32,000 bases of DNA from contig JBJLBP010000001.1 in assembly GCA_045568075.1 (NCBI GenBank), positions 1,080,001 through 1,112,000 on the forward strand, written 5' to 3'. Below are positions 16,443-24,029 of the stretch, piece by piece. The position numbers and the translations under genes were made by a program. The first letter of the stretch is position 1. Every line of letters starts with the position of its first letter. This DNA is from Candidatus Thalassarchaeaceae archaeon. Lineage in GTDB: Archaea; Thermoplasmatota; Poseidoniia; Poseidoniales; Thalassarchaeaceae. The notes under the pieces are model-generated. The model was not told the DNA's origin and made no database searches. It saw only the letters and a list, made by a program, of their open reading frames with translations.

Positions 16443-19400
16443 TCAATCGAGAGTGGCTTCGAGCACTGCTGATGCTTCGAGAGCACCAGAGTCTTCGTAA
16501 TCGAGCCAAGGCCCTTGTCCCATCAATCTCGAACGCATCTCGTGCCAAGCAACGATGAAGCTCGGCAGGAGGATGCTCGAAGTCAGCAGGGCAAGTATCA
16601 GCAGTGACATCATCAAGACAAAGAAATTCTGTAGGCCCGGAATCGCCACAAAGAGGCCTGCAGAAAGACCAGCACAAGTCGTTGCAGTGGTTTCGAAGAT
16701 TGTTTGTCCAGTACGAGAAACTGACTTGACAATACCAGCGGGAGTCTCACCCTCGTCTTTGATTCGATCGACAATGTGAATCGAATCATCAACTCCGATT
16801 CCAAAGACGATTGTACCAATCATCGCTGTGAAGAAGTTGACATTCACAGAACCCTGTCGCATCAGCAACGGTTGCCAAAGCACCACTACCGCAACCGCTG
16901 CCATGGTGAATGTCGCAAGGCGCGGCGAACGGAACAAAATCATCATCGTGAACAACAGAATAACCATCGTCGCGATGGTCGTCTTGCTCTGCGCCTTCTG
17001 GATCCCAGCATTAATGTCGATACTGACCGGTAGTCCACCAGTCAGTTTCGAATTGACGACACCTTCGATGCCAAGAGCATAGCAAGTCATCGCATCTGCA
17101 CAATTTCCATCTCCATCCAAATGGTTGTCGATGGCGTCGCGTAAGGGAGTGGCGTCTTGGAGGTTGATGTAAGGTTGAGTGACGTAGACGAGGGTCTTTG
17201 TTTCGCACGGTGTTTGCCATTGACAAACGTCTTGATCAGCATTCATCAGCATACTTCGAATCTCGGGACTCAAAGTATCGAAAGCGATGTTCACCATATC
17301 CTCCCTACTACTTGCTGCGTAGGCCCAGCACTCCGGTCGCAACGGATTAGTTGATTCATCCCAACACTCGTCATGTAGGAGTTCCCAGAGGCTTCTGTCA
17401 TAGACCTCAAGGCCGGAAATATTGACGTCGACATGAACGGCCTTGAGGATGTTAACTAGGCTGATACTCGAAGTCTGTGGGACATTGTTGATCTTACGTT
17501 CCTGCATATGGTCAATCGCATCGAGAATTGGTAAATCACGGATTGGCGAGGTTGAGTTCTGCGGACCCCTCATTTCCGCATCGACGATGAACATGTTAGT
17601 TTGGCCGCCTTGGAAAATGAAGCTGTATTCACGTAGGGCATAGAAACTCGGGAGACCGGGAGGGACTTCTTCAGTGGACCCAGTGAGCGGCTTACCCATC
17701 TCCTCCTCGAGAATGACTACTCCAAACGCTGTGACTACCATCGATACGATGATCACTACAAGCGTGGCTTTGACCGGTAATTCGCCTATCTTCTGCCATA
17801 TTTGGGACTCGATTGCAAGAAGGAGGGTGCCTCCTATGAAAGATCCGAAGAAGATGGCATTACCAGTGGTTGTGGTGTCGAAGGCGATGAGTGCTGCGGA
17901 CGCTACACCACCGATGATGAGCGAGAAGATAACGGTCTGAATCATCGGCATTTCGATACCGTGCTCGACCTTACGATAACGGAATAGATGGACTAATGCC
18001 GGGACCATGACCATCGAAAGAAGGAAGGTGATGGCAATCCCCATCAGTAGAGTTACTCCAACCGTGCGCATCGGATGGATTGGCACGAGAGATTGCCAAG
18101 TCAGGACACTGAATCCAATGATTGTGGTAATCGCTGAAAGGAAGATTGCGTGGCCAGTGGTCTGTGCTGCTCGCACGGTTGCTGTCAAGCTGAGAACAGG
18201 ATCCCAAGGGTCGATGTTAGCGGTCGAGAAACCGTCTCGTTCCCGCTTCCATGATTCTTCGAGACGTTCCTCTAGTAATTCCTGACGATTCTCTTCTATT
18301 CGATTCGTCAGGTGTAAGGCATAATCCACGCCTAAACCGACAAGGATTGGCCCAGCGGAGATAATCATCGGAGTCAATGTGATGTCGAAGATTACAGTAA
18401 ATCCGAAGGTAATTGCTAAGCTCATCGCAATAGGTAAGCCACAGATGATTATCACCTTCGGATTTCGATGCAAAATCATCATCGTGATGCAGACTAATAG
18501 TCCACTTATCGGAAGCATCGTATTAACGAGTTCGAGATAAATCGCGTCAGAGACGTCATGGACGACAGGTGTCAGACCAGTCACAGTAATCGCCTGTCGA
18601 TCAGGCCGTGAATCCGCAATTGATTCGGCCTCAGAAATCAGTTGCTGATTGACTCCGATGCACTTGCTACGCGGCTCGTTTGGATTCTGTTTTTGACAAA
18701 TCGCATGAACCTCGGTACTAATCGAGGAAGACGTCAATTCATCGTATTGGACATAACATAACTCGCAAGTTCCCGGATCCGTTTCTTCGAAAATGAGGCG
18801 CTTGGCGTAAGCGATGAAGGCCTTGTGGTCCTGGATTTGGCCATCTGGATTCTCATCGGTAATTCCCTTCGGGTCATCGCGAGAGATATACTGACTTGTG
18901 CCTTCCATTTCGAATTTGAGACCGATGACGACGACCCCAGTATCCCATATTCCATCGCCGTCATTATCGTAGATACCATCGCCATTCTCGTCCAGTAAAG
19001 GATGGTCCTGCGTATCCATCACAAAGGAAGAGAGCAGCCCCTCGGTCTGGTCGACGAGGTTGTCTACACGATCTTGGTCATCGGGTATTGAGTATCCGTT
19101 ATAGGGATTAAATTGGGCTGCCGTGCACTCCTCACGCTGTCCTGTAGGTAAGCCGTATTTCTCAAAAGCACAGGTGAATCGGGCGCTCGAGGAATTTGCT
19201 TCTTTGAGAATCTGCGAGGGTGAAAGAATCCAAATCACTCCGTCGATATCACCGCGATCGTCTTTGTGTTCATCCAGACCTGCTTGATAGCCGCCGAGCC
19301 CTCGATTATTGTCATCGCTTTCCAACCACGACATCTGCTGCAGAATATCGACACTGGTGATATTCTCTGAACCACGACAATTCGGTGGAGATTCACCTGC

Positions 19401-19838
19401 TGAACATTTCCTATCAATTGCATTGTCAGTCTGGAAATACAGAATCATGATGTCGGTTGCCCATTGATTTCTGACCTGCTTGAGCAGATCGGTTGATTCG
19501 GCATCATCGGGCAGATAGATTTCGACGTCGCCATTGATTTGATGTTGAAAATCCGCGGCATGCTGACCAGCCAACGCCGTCGCCAGTAAAAGCAGAGCAA
19601 CGATGATTCCAGGGCTTCGTAAAATCGCTGAATACCAGAACTCAGCTAACCTTTGTCCAAGTGCATGACCACGTTTGGCACCGGCGTTCAACAATTGATC
19701 GATGTAGTCGGCCGCATCGCCAATTGGCGATGCGTCAACGGAGCCGATGACCTTCTGCCCAGCCTCCCTAAGAGGCTGTAATTTCTCGAAGAAACGCTCC
19801 CAGAAGATCGTCTCATCATCGCGCTCGTCATCGGGCAC
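16443..19838 (-). CDS. RND-superfamily exporter, MMPL/COG1033-type (12-TM, two large ectodomains)
   Basis: There are two homologous TM bundles, each with the MMPL/SSD-type motif at the same relative position (GLGVDYALHLTNRIEE and GIGVDDSIHIVDRIKD). A single N-terminal TM is followed by a ~350-aa loop containing DENGDGIYDNDGDGIWD (Ca-loop-like). The start codon at 19838 is GTG. Confidence 0.8.
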   Translation of the reverse strand: MPDDERDDETIFWERFFEKLQPLREAGQKVIGSVDASPIGDAADYIDQLLNAGAKRGHALGQRLAEFWYSAILRSPGIIVALLLLATALAGQHAADFQHQINGDVEIYLPDDAESTDLLKQVRNQWATDIMILYFQTDNAIDRKCSAGESPPNCRGSENITSVDILQQMSWLESDDNNRGLGGYQAGLDEHKDDRGDIDGVIWILSPSQILKEANSSSARFTCAFEKYGLPTGQREECTAAQFNPYNGYSIPDDQDRVDNLVDQTEGLLSSFVMDTQDHPLLDENGDGIYDNDGDGIWDTGVVVIGLKFEMEGTSQYISRDDPKGITDENPDGQIQDHKAFIAYAKRLIFEETDPGTCELCYVQYDELTSSSISTEVHAICQKQNPNEPRSKCIGVNQQLISEAESIADSRPDRQAITVTGLTPVVHDVSDAIYLELVNTMLPISGLLVCITMMILHRNPKVIIICGLPIAMSLAITFGFTVIFDITLTPMIISAGPILVGLGVDYALHLTNRIEENRQELLEERLEESWKRERDGFSTANIDPWDPVLSLTATVRAAQTTGHAIFLSAITTIIGFSVLTWQSLVPIHPMRTVGVTLLMGIAITFLLSMVMVPALVHLFRYRKVEHGIEMPMIQTVIFSLIIGGVASAALIAFDTTTTGNAIFFGSFIGGTLLLAIESQIWQKIGELPVKATLVVIIVSMVVTAFGVVILEEEMGKPLTGSTEEVPPGLPSFYALREYSFIFQGGQTNMFIVDAEMRGPQNSTSPIRDLPILDAIDHMQERKINNVPQTSSISLVNILKAVHVDVNISGLEVYDRSLWELLHDECWDESTNPLRPECWAYAASSREDMVNIAFDTLSPEIRSMLMNADQDVCQWQTPCETKTLVYVTQPYINLQDATPLRDAIDNHLDGDGNCADAMTCYALGIEGVVNSKLTGGLPVSIDINAGIQKAQSKTTIATMVILLFTMMILFRSPRLATFTMAAVAVVVLWQPLLMRQGSVNVNFFTAMIGTIVFGIGVDDSIHIVDRIKDEGETPAGIVKSVSRTGQTIFETTATTCAGLSAGLFVAIPGLQNFFVLMMSLLILALLTSSILLPSFIVAWHEMRSRLMGQGPWLDYEDSGALEASAVLEATLD

Positions 19839-19907
19839 GATGTGTGTGCCCCCACCGAGACCCCATGAAGCAATCGCTAGGGCGCTCGGTGGGAAGCAGG
19901 TTCAGCA

Positions 19908-20162
19908 TCAGTTCTCGGAGAACTGGCTGACTGTGGTGACGCTCTGCTGTCCATCGAGGACACGGCGTAGAGCGGCCATACTGATCACCAACGGCACATA
20001 GGCTGTACCGTCCGCGGTAGTATAGGTGTGGCAATTGCCGAACGCCTCTTGGTGCAGACTGATCTTTAGCGCACCTCCAGCACGGCTTTGCCGGGCCCAC
20101 CCAACGAGGGTGGTGTTCTGTTCATTCTCGGGCTTTTCTTTCTTGCTTGATGTCTTTGGCAT
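19908..20162 (-). CDS. Small hypothetical protein with a Lys-rich N-terminal tail (84 aa)
   Basis: The sequence is MPKTSSKKEKPENEQNTTLVGWARQSRAGGALKISLHQEAFGNCHTYTTADGTAYVPLVISMAALRRVLDGQQSVTTVSQFSEN. The ATG at 20162 is preceded by GGAGGT (20175-20170, 7-nt spacer). The composition looks protein-like, whereas the overlapping plus-strand frame is C/R/F-rich junk. I do not recognise the family. Confidence 0.55.
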   Translation of the reverse strand: MPKTSSKKEKPENEQNTTLVGWARQSRAGGALKISLHQEAFGNCHTYTTADGTAYVPLVISMAALRRVLDGQQSVTTVSQFSEN

Positions 20163-20169
20163 ATTTGTT

Positions 20170-20175
20170 ACCTCC
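20170..20175 (-). promoter_or_regulatory. Shine-Dalgarno-like GGAGGT for the 84-aa gene
   Basis: The minus strand reads GGAGGTAACAAATATG. The motif is complementary to the conserved 16S 3' end (CCUCC). Confidence 0.45.
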
Positions 20176-20334
20176 AAGTCAGCGTCGAACCGAAGCCCTA
20201 GTTATCAATCAAGCAGAAGAGAGTCATCTGAAACTGAAATTGAAGCCTTACGCGCGCATCAGCCGAAGGCAACGAGCGCGGAACTCTTGGCCGAACGCCT
20301 GAAAGTGAATGAAGAGGCCGAGGGGCCGATTGAC

Positions 20335-21012
20335 ATGGCTCGCAGGCGCAGGCGAATCGAACCTAAAGGCAAGGATGAAGATGTACGATTGATGGCTGGA
20401 CTGATCACGGCTGGAGTGATCTCCATCGTCTTGGTAGCGTCGATGTTCATCGCCCCACCAGCCAACGTAGGGCCAGAAGAAGGCTCTCTAGCGCCTGATT
20501 TCATCGCTTCCGCTTACACTGGCGGCGCGTGGGAAGAAGTACGTCTGAGTGAGATTTACGATGGTCGCTTAGTCTACATCAATTTCCTCGATACTGACTG
20601 CCCATACTGCTGGGAGGAGGGTGTGGAGCTCTCTAACATGCACGAGGCATTCCGTGAAGATGTCATCTTCATCAATGTCATGGTTTCTCTTGAGATAACT
20701 GGCCACGACAGTAGTCGAGAAGAGGTCGAAGCCTTCCGCGACAAAACGCCCTTTGGGGATAACGAGAACAATGGTGATGGATGCTATTCTGGTCGCAAGA
20801 ATTGCGCTGAGAGACCGGGAGAAGCACATTCCTGGATGTATGTCGATGACCTCACAAACTCAATCGCTGGAGATTGGGAGTTACCTGGAACTCCATTCAG
20901 CGTAATTCTTGATGGCGAAGGAACTGTCGTCTGGAATCAGGCTCAGAGCGAAAATCACCCACCTGGGGAAGAGGTTGGCAACGCTCTCGCTCGCCTGCTC
21001 GGAGGTGAGTGA
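20335..21012 (+). CDS. Membrane-anchored thioredoxin-fold thiol:disulfide oxidoreductase (TlpA/redoxin-like, CPYC)
   Basis: The sequence begins MARRRRR with a basic N-terminus, followed by the TM helix LMAGLITAGVISIVLVASMFIA. The redoxin pattern is GSLAPDFIASAYTGG...VRLSEIYDGRLVYINFLDTDCPYCWEEGVEL...GTPFSVILDGEGTVVW. The start is uncertain: an in-frame GTG at 20305 is possible. The track start at 20026 overlaps the 84-aa gene and looks spurious. Confidence 0.75.
   Translation: MARRRRRIEPKGKDEDVRLMAGLITAGVISIVLVASMFIAPPANVGPEEGSLAPDFIASAYTGGAWEEVRLSEIYDGRLVYINFLDTDCPYCWEEGVELSNMHEAFREDVIFINVMVSLEITGHDSSREEVEAFRDKTPFGDNENNGDGCYSGRKNCAERPGEAHSWMYVDDLTNSIAGDWELPGTPFSVILDGEGTVVWNQAQSENHPPGEEVGNALARLLGGE
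21001..21008 (+). promoter_or_regulatory. Shine-Dalgarno GGAGGTGA embedded in the last codons of the Trx-like gene, serving the VKOR gene
   Basis: The sequence reads GGAGGTGAG-TGA-ATG. The stop at 21010-21012 is immediately followed by the ATG at 21013, with an 8-nt anti-SD match 4-12 nt upstream. This is a classic translational-coupling arrangement. Confidence 0.55.
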
Positions 21013-21582
21013 ATGGCGAGCGCGCTTACAGACCCAGTCTTGCTGTTCTTCGTAGCCGCTCTACTCGGCTCGTCCTTCCTATTCGCAAATGGAAGAGCGA
21101 AGGACGGTGCAGAAGGAACTCTCAGAATGCTTGATGGAAGTCTCGCATTTACGGTTACTGGAATCCTTGCGTCGGGTTGGACGTGGGTGATATACAACGA
21201 TATGATTCGTAACCCATTGGGAGGGGAATTTTGTGCCACTGAGGGCCTTGTCCAGTGTGGTTCAGTGATTGGAGATCCTCGTTATAACAACCTATTCGGA
21301 ATGTCGTGGGGTTCTTTGGGACTGGCTGCTTTTGCTGCCTTATTCTTCCTAATTCTCTGCCTACGTATGGACATGCACGCAAAGTGGGTCGACAATTACA
21401 TCAACTACGCTTGGTGGATGGGTCTTGCTGGAGTTCCCTTCCTGTTCATACTCATCGGAATCGAGGTGGTTGTGGTGAAACATATCTGTCCATTTTGTAC
21501 AGTTGCCCACCTCGCCTTAATCGGTTATCTGGTAACTGTATGGATGCTGCGAGAGCGTCGCGAAAACAGTGCTTGGCATTGA
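21013..21582 (+). CDS. Vitamin K epoxide reductase (VKOR) family membrane protein
   Basis: A loop Cys pair with the 7-residue spacing seen in VKOR reads FCATEGLVQCGSVIGDPRYNNLFGMSWGSLG. The CxxC motif sits at the start of the last TM (KHICPFCTVAHLALIGYL). Four to five hydrophobic helices and a ~190-aa length also fit. Confidence 0.75.
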   Translation: MASALTDPVLLFFVAALLGSSFLFANGRAKDGAEGTLRMLDGSLAFTVTGILASGWTWVIYNDMIRNPLGGEFCATEGLVQCGSVIGDPRYNNLFGMSWGSLGLAAFAALFFLILCLRMDMHAKWVDNYINYAWWMGLAGVPFLFILIGIEVVVVKHICPFCTVAHLALIGYLVTVWMLRERRENSAWH

Positions 21583-21717
21583 TTTACAACCGATCTGATT
21601 CAACTGCAAGATTGAGTCGGAGAATCTGAAAATAGTGCTGAATCAGCATCGAAGCGCTTGATGCAAGAGATGTCTTTTCGGCGAATGGCTCAAAGTGGAA
21701 GTCAAGGTGGCGCGACC

Positions 21718-22659
21718 ATGGAACTAGTCACTGGAGGAGCTGGATTCATCGGTTCGCACCTAGTCGATGCATTGGTCGCACAGGGTAAGAGTGTGCGCGT
21801 GCTGGATAATTTTTCGAGCGGACGTGAGGAATTCCTCGCACACCACAATGGTCGCTCGGAAGTCGAGATTGTCAAGGCCGATCTACTTGACTTCGACTCA
21901 TTAAAGGCTGCAATGGAAGGCATAGATACCGTCCATCACTTGGCTGCAAACCCCGACATCAGACTCGGTACCGAAGTCACTGACACAGACCTGCGACAGG
22001 GGACTGTGGCTACTTACAATGTGCTAGAGGCTATGCGACACGCTGGAGTCGAGCGAATCTCTTTCTCGTCATCGAGCGCGATATATGGTGAAGCGAGCGT
22101 CATGCCTACACCCGAGACCTACGGACCGGTCAAACCGATTTCCCTCTATGGCGCGAGCAAACTCGCCAGTGAAGCTCTAATCACGGCTTGGTGTGGCACC
22201 TTCGGAGCAAAAGCGTGGATTCATCGCTTCGCGAATATCGTCGGTCCACGCGGAACTCATGGAGTCATCTTCGATTTCATTCACAAACTCAAGCGTGATC
22301 CGAGTCGTCTTGAAGTTCTTGGAAATGGTCTGCAGGAGAAGTCCTACATGTCGGCCGAAGATTGTGTTCGAGCAATGGTTCATCTGGTCGATCAAGTCGA
22401 TGAAAACGTCAACCTCTACAATCTCGGCACCGGCGATACTTGCTCAGTTCGCAGAATCGCCGAAATCGTCGTCGAAGAATCTGGCTTTGACAACGTATCG
22501 ATAGAATACACAGGAGGAGACCGAGGCTGGGCAGGCGATGTGCCCAAGACTAGCCTCGAAGTCGGATATCTATTCTCAACAGGTTTCGTGCCAAATATGC
22601 AATCAGAAGATGCGATTCGGCATACGGCACGTGCGCTCATCCAAGAAATCGGCTTGTGA
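21718..22659 (+). CDS. NAD-dependent epimerase/dehydratase (extended SDR; UDP-sugar 4-epimerase or decarboxylase-like)
   Basis: The N-terminus MELVTGGAGFIGSHLVDALV...VRVLDNFSSG is typical, as is the catalytic YGASKLASE (YxxxK) and NIVGPRGTHGVIFDF. The start at ATG 21718 gives the usual M-x(2)-VTGGAGFIG N-terminus. The track start at 21658 is TTG. Confidence 0.85.
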   Translation: MELVTGGAGFIGSHLVDALVAQGKSVRVLDNFSSGREEFLAHHNGRSEVEIVKADLLDFDSLKAAMEGIDTVHHLAANPDIRLGTEVTDTDLRQGTVATYNVLEAMRHAGVERISFSSSSAIYGEASVMPTPETYGPVKPISLYGASKLASEALITAWCGTFGAKAWIHRFANIVGPRGTHGVIFDFIHKLKRDPSRLEVLGNGLQEKSYMSAEDCVRAMVHLVDQVDENVNLYNLGTGDTCSVRRIAEIVVEESGFDNVSIEYTGGDRGWAGDVPKTSLEVGYLFSTGFVPNMQSEDAIRHTARALIQEIGL

Positions 22660-22720
22660 GTAGTGCTCAAAGCCGACTCGCGCGCCTCGGATTCATAACT
22701 AATCGGCCGGACGAGCGCGC

Positions 22721-23470
22721 ATGAGCAAGCGCTGGTATCAGGAGAATCGGCGCGATCCATGGCGTCGTCAAGCCAAATCGAAAGGCTACCGCGCGCGCTC
22801 AGCATACAAACTCAAGCAGATCCAAGAGAAGTTCGGAGTTATCCGAGAAGGTGACGCTATTCTCGACCTCGGATGCCACCCAGGTGGTTGGACACAAGTG
22901 AGTGTGGAGGAATCTGGTGAGGAAGGACAAATCATTGGCGTCGACCTGAAATCAACTTCCCCAGTAGAAGGAGCGAGTATCATTCAAGGAAATATCACTC
23001 ATGCTGAGACCATTGAACGCATCATAGAATTGCTTGACGGTCGCGAATTGAACGTGGTTCTCTCCGATATTTCCCCAAAACTCACGGGCCGCTATGACAC
23101 TGATCAAGCGATTTCACTCGAACTCTCGACGATGACTCTCGATGTCGCCATGGACATGCTTGTTCCTGGCGGCTCGTTCGTGACTAAAATCTTCCAAGGC
23201 GTTGGAATTGAAGGATTAATTCAAGCCGCAAAAGACCGGTTTAGTAATGTTCAGAGATTTGCACCAATGGCAAGTCGAAATGCTTCGTCAGAGACTTACC
23301 TTGTTTGCCGCAATAGACTCCCAGTGCCACGAAAGTCTGCACGAGGGATGAGCGCTTTCGCGCAAGTACAGGAGCATCTGACCGCACTTGGTGTAAATGT
23401 CGATAATCCCGATGATGGTGGCGATGAGGACATCGCAATCGGCTTTAGGCGCGTCACGAAGAAGGATTGA
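22721..23470 (+). CDS. rlmE: 23S rRNA 2'-O-ribose methyltransferase RlmE/FtsJ family
   Basis: The FtsJ/RrmJ SAM-MTase pattern is present: DPWRRQAKSKGYRARSAYKLKQIQEKFGVIREGDAILDLGCHPGGWTQV, VVLSDISPKLTG, GGSFVTKIFQG and ASRNASSETYLVC. A ~50-aa C-terminal extension follows. Confidence 0.88.
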   Translation: MSKRWYQENRRDPWRRQAKSKGYRARSAYKLKQIQEKFGVIREGDAILDLGCHPGGWTQVSVEESGEEGQIIGVDLKSTSPVEGASIIQGNITHAETIERIIELLDGRELNVVLSDISPKLTGRYDTDQAISLELSTMTLDVAMDMLVPGGSFVTKIFQGVGIEGLIQAAKDRFSNVQRFAPMASRNASSETYLVCRNRLPVPRKSARGMSAFAQVQEHLTALGVNVDNPDDGGDEDIAIGFRRVTKKD

Positions 23471-23484
23471 TTCTGGACCAAGTC

Positions 23485-23534
23485 GTGTGCTTGGATCTAA
23501 TTCACTTTCAGAAATCCCATAGGGAATTTTCACT
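23485..23534. repeat. Direct repeat copy A (intergenic, after the rlmE stop)
   Basis: Copy A is GTGTGCTTGGATCTAATTCACTTTCAGAAATCCCATAGGGAATTTTCAC. The 26-nt core at 23490-23515 matches 23990-24015 with one mismatch. It contains the hairpin AAATCCC-ATA-GGGAATTT followed by T4, and the 11-mer TTCACTTTCAG occurs twice (23501-23511, 23529-23539). Confidence 0.8.
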
Positions 23535-23593
23535 TTCAGCGTGGGCTCTACCTCTCGATTGATATGCGAAGATAACGAGTCCCATCGATTACT

Positions 23594-23974
23594 ATGACAA
23601 CAATGAATGAAATTGAGAGGCAGATACTGAATGATTCGAAGATTGGAGGCAAGCAGCGCGGCGCAGGTCGCAGACCGCGCCGCAGGGTGAAGGTAAGTCG
23701 CTTGAAGGAAAATAGACCGGTTTCTGAGTTAGATATTCTTGTCTTGCGGAGATATCCGCCAAGACTCGTCTCCAGTCGGAAATGGACAGGAAGAGTCGCT
23801 GCAGCCTGCGGTCGCGATGAATCAGGAGTTGTTGGCCTCGTCCTCTGGGATGAGCAGATAGACGAGGTCGCGACCGGGGACATAGTGCGCATACAGAATG
23901 GATGGTGCAAACGCCGCCTCGGTGAGAGAGTAGTCTCAACTGGTCGGAGTGGAAAACTCAGTGTGATCGGCTGA
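23594..23974 (+). CDS. OB-fold nucleic-acid-binding protein (short RPA/SSB-like)
   Basis: An Arg-rich N-terminus (GGKQRGAGRRPRRRVKV) is followed by an OB pattern, RVAAACGRDESGVVGLVLWDEQIDEVATGDIVRIQNGWCKRRLGERVVSTGRSGKLSVI. That fits the D-x-(S/T)-G...lW-d...GD-v-i-x-n-g...l pattern of archaeal single-OB RPA-like proteins. Confidence 0.6.
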   Translation: MTTMNEIERQILNDSKIGGKQRGAGRRPRRRVKVSRLKENRPVSELDILVLRRYPPRLVSSRKWTGRVAAACGRDESGVVGLVLWDEQIDEVATGDIVRIQNGWCKRRLGERVVSTGRSGKLSVIG

Positions 23975-23985
23975 GATGAGCCCGA

Positions 23986-24029
23986 GTGTCTTGGAGCTAA
24001 TTCACTTTCAGAAATTCTAGGGATTTCAC
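23986..24029. repeat. Direct repeat copy B (after the OB-fold gene stop, overlapping the M28 peptidase stop codon)
   Basis: Copy B is GTGTCTTGGAGCTAATTCACTTTCAGAAATTCTAGGGATTTCAC. The core is offset exactly 500 bp from copy A. Confidence 0.8.

Noticed and set aside
16063-16677. The track lists ORFs 16063-16677(-), 16085-16336(+) and 16164-16433(-) as candidate CDSs.
   Set aside because: They overlap the RNase P RNA gene. Their translations are R/C/S/P-rich with no protein-like pattern. The 16063-16677 ORF also overlaps the 3' end of the RND exporter gene.
20026-20334. The first 103 codons of track ORF 20026-21012 were considered as part of the redoxin gene.
   Set aside because: This stretch overlaps the better-supported 84-aa minus-strand gene. 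Its translation (MWQLPNASWCRLIFSAPPARLCRAHPTRVVFCSFSGF...) is not protein-like. The recognisable redoxin begins with a basic stretch plus TM at the ATG at 20335.
23485-23540. I considered whether repeat copy A is a C/D-box sRNA, since two CTGA D-box-like motifs lie on the minus strand.
   Set aside because: There is no RUGAUGA C or C' box on either strand, so the canonical box architecture is missing.
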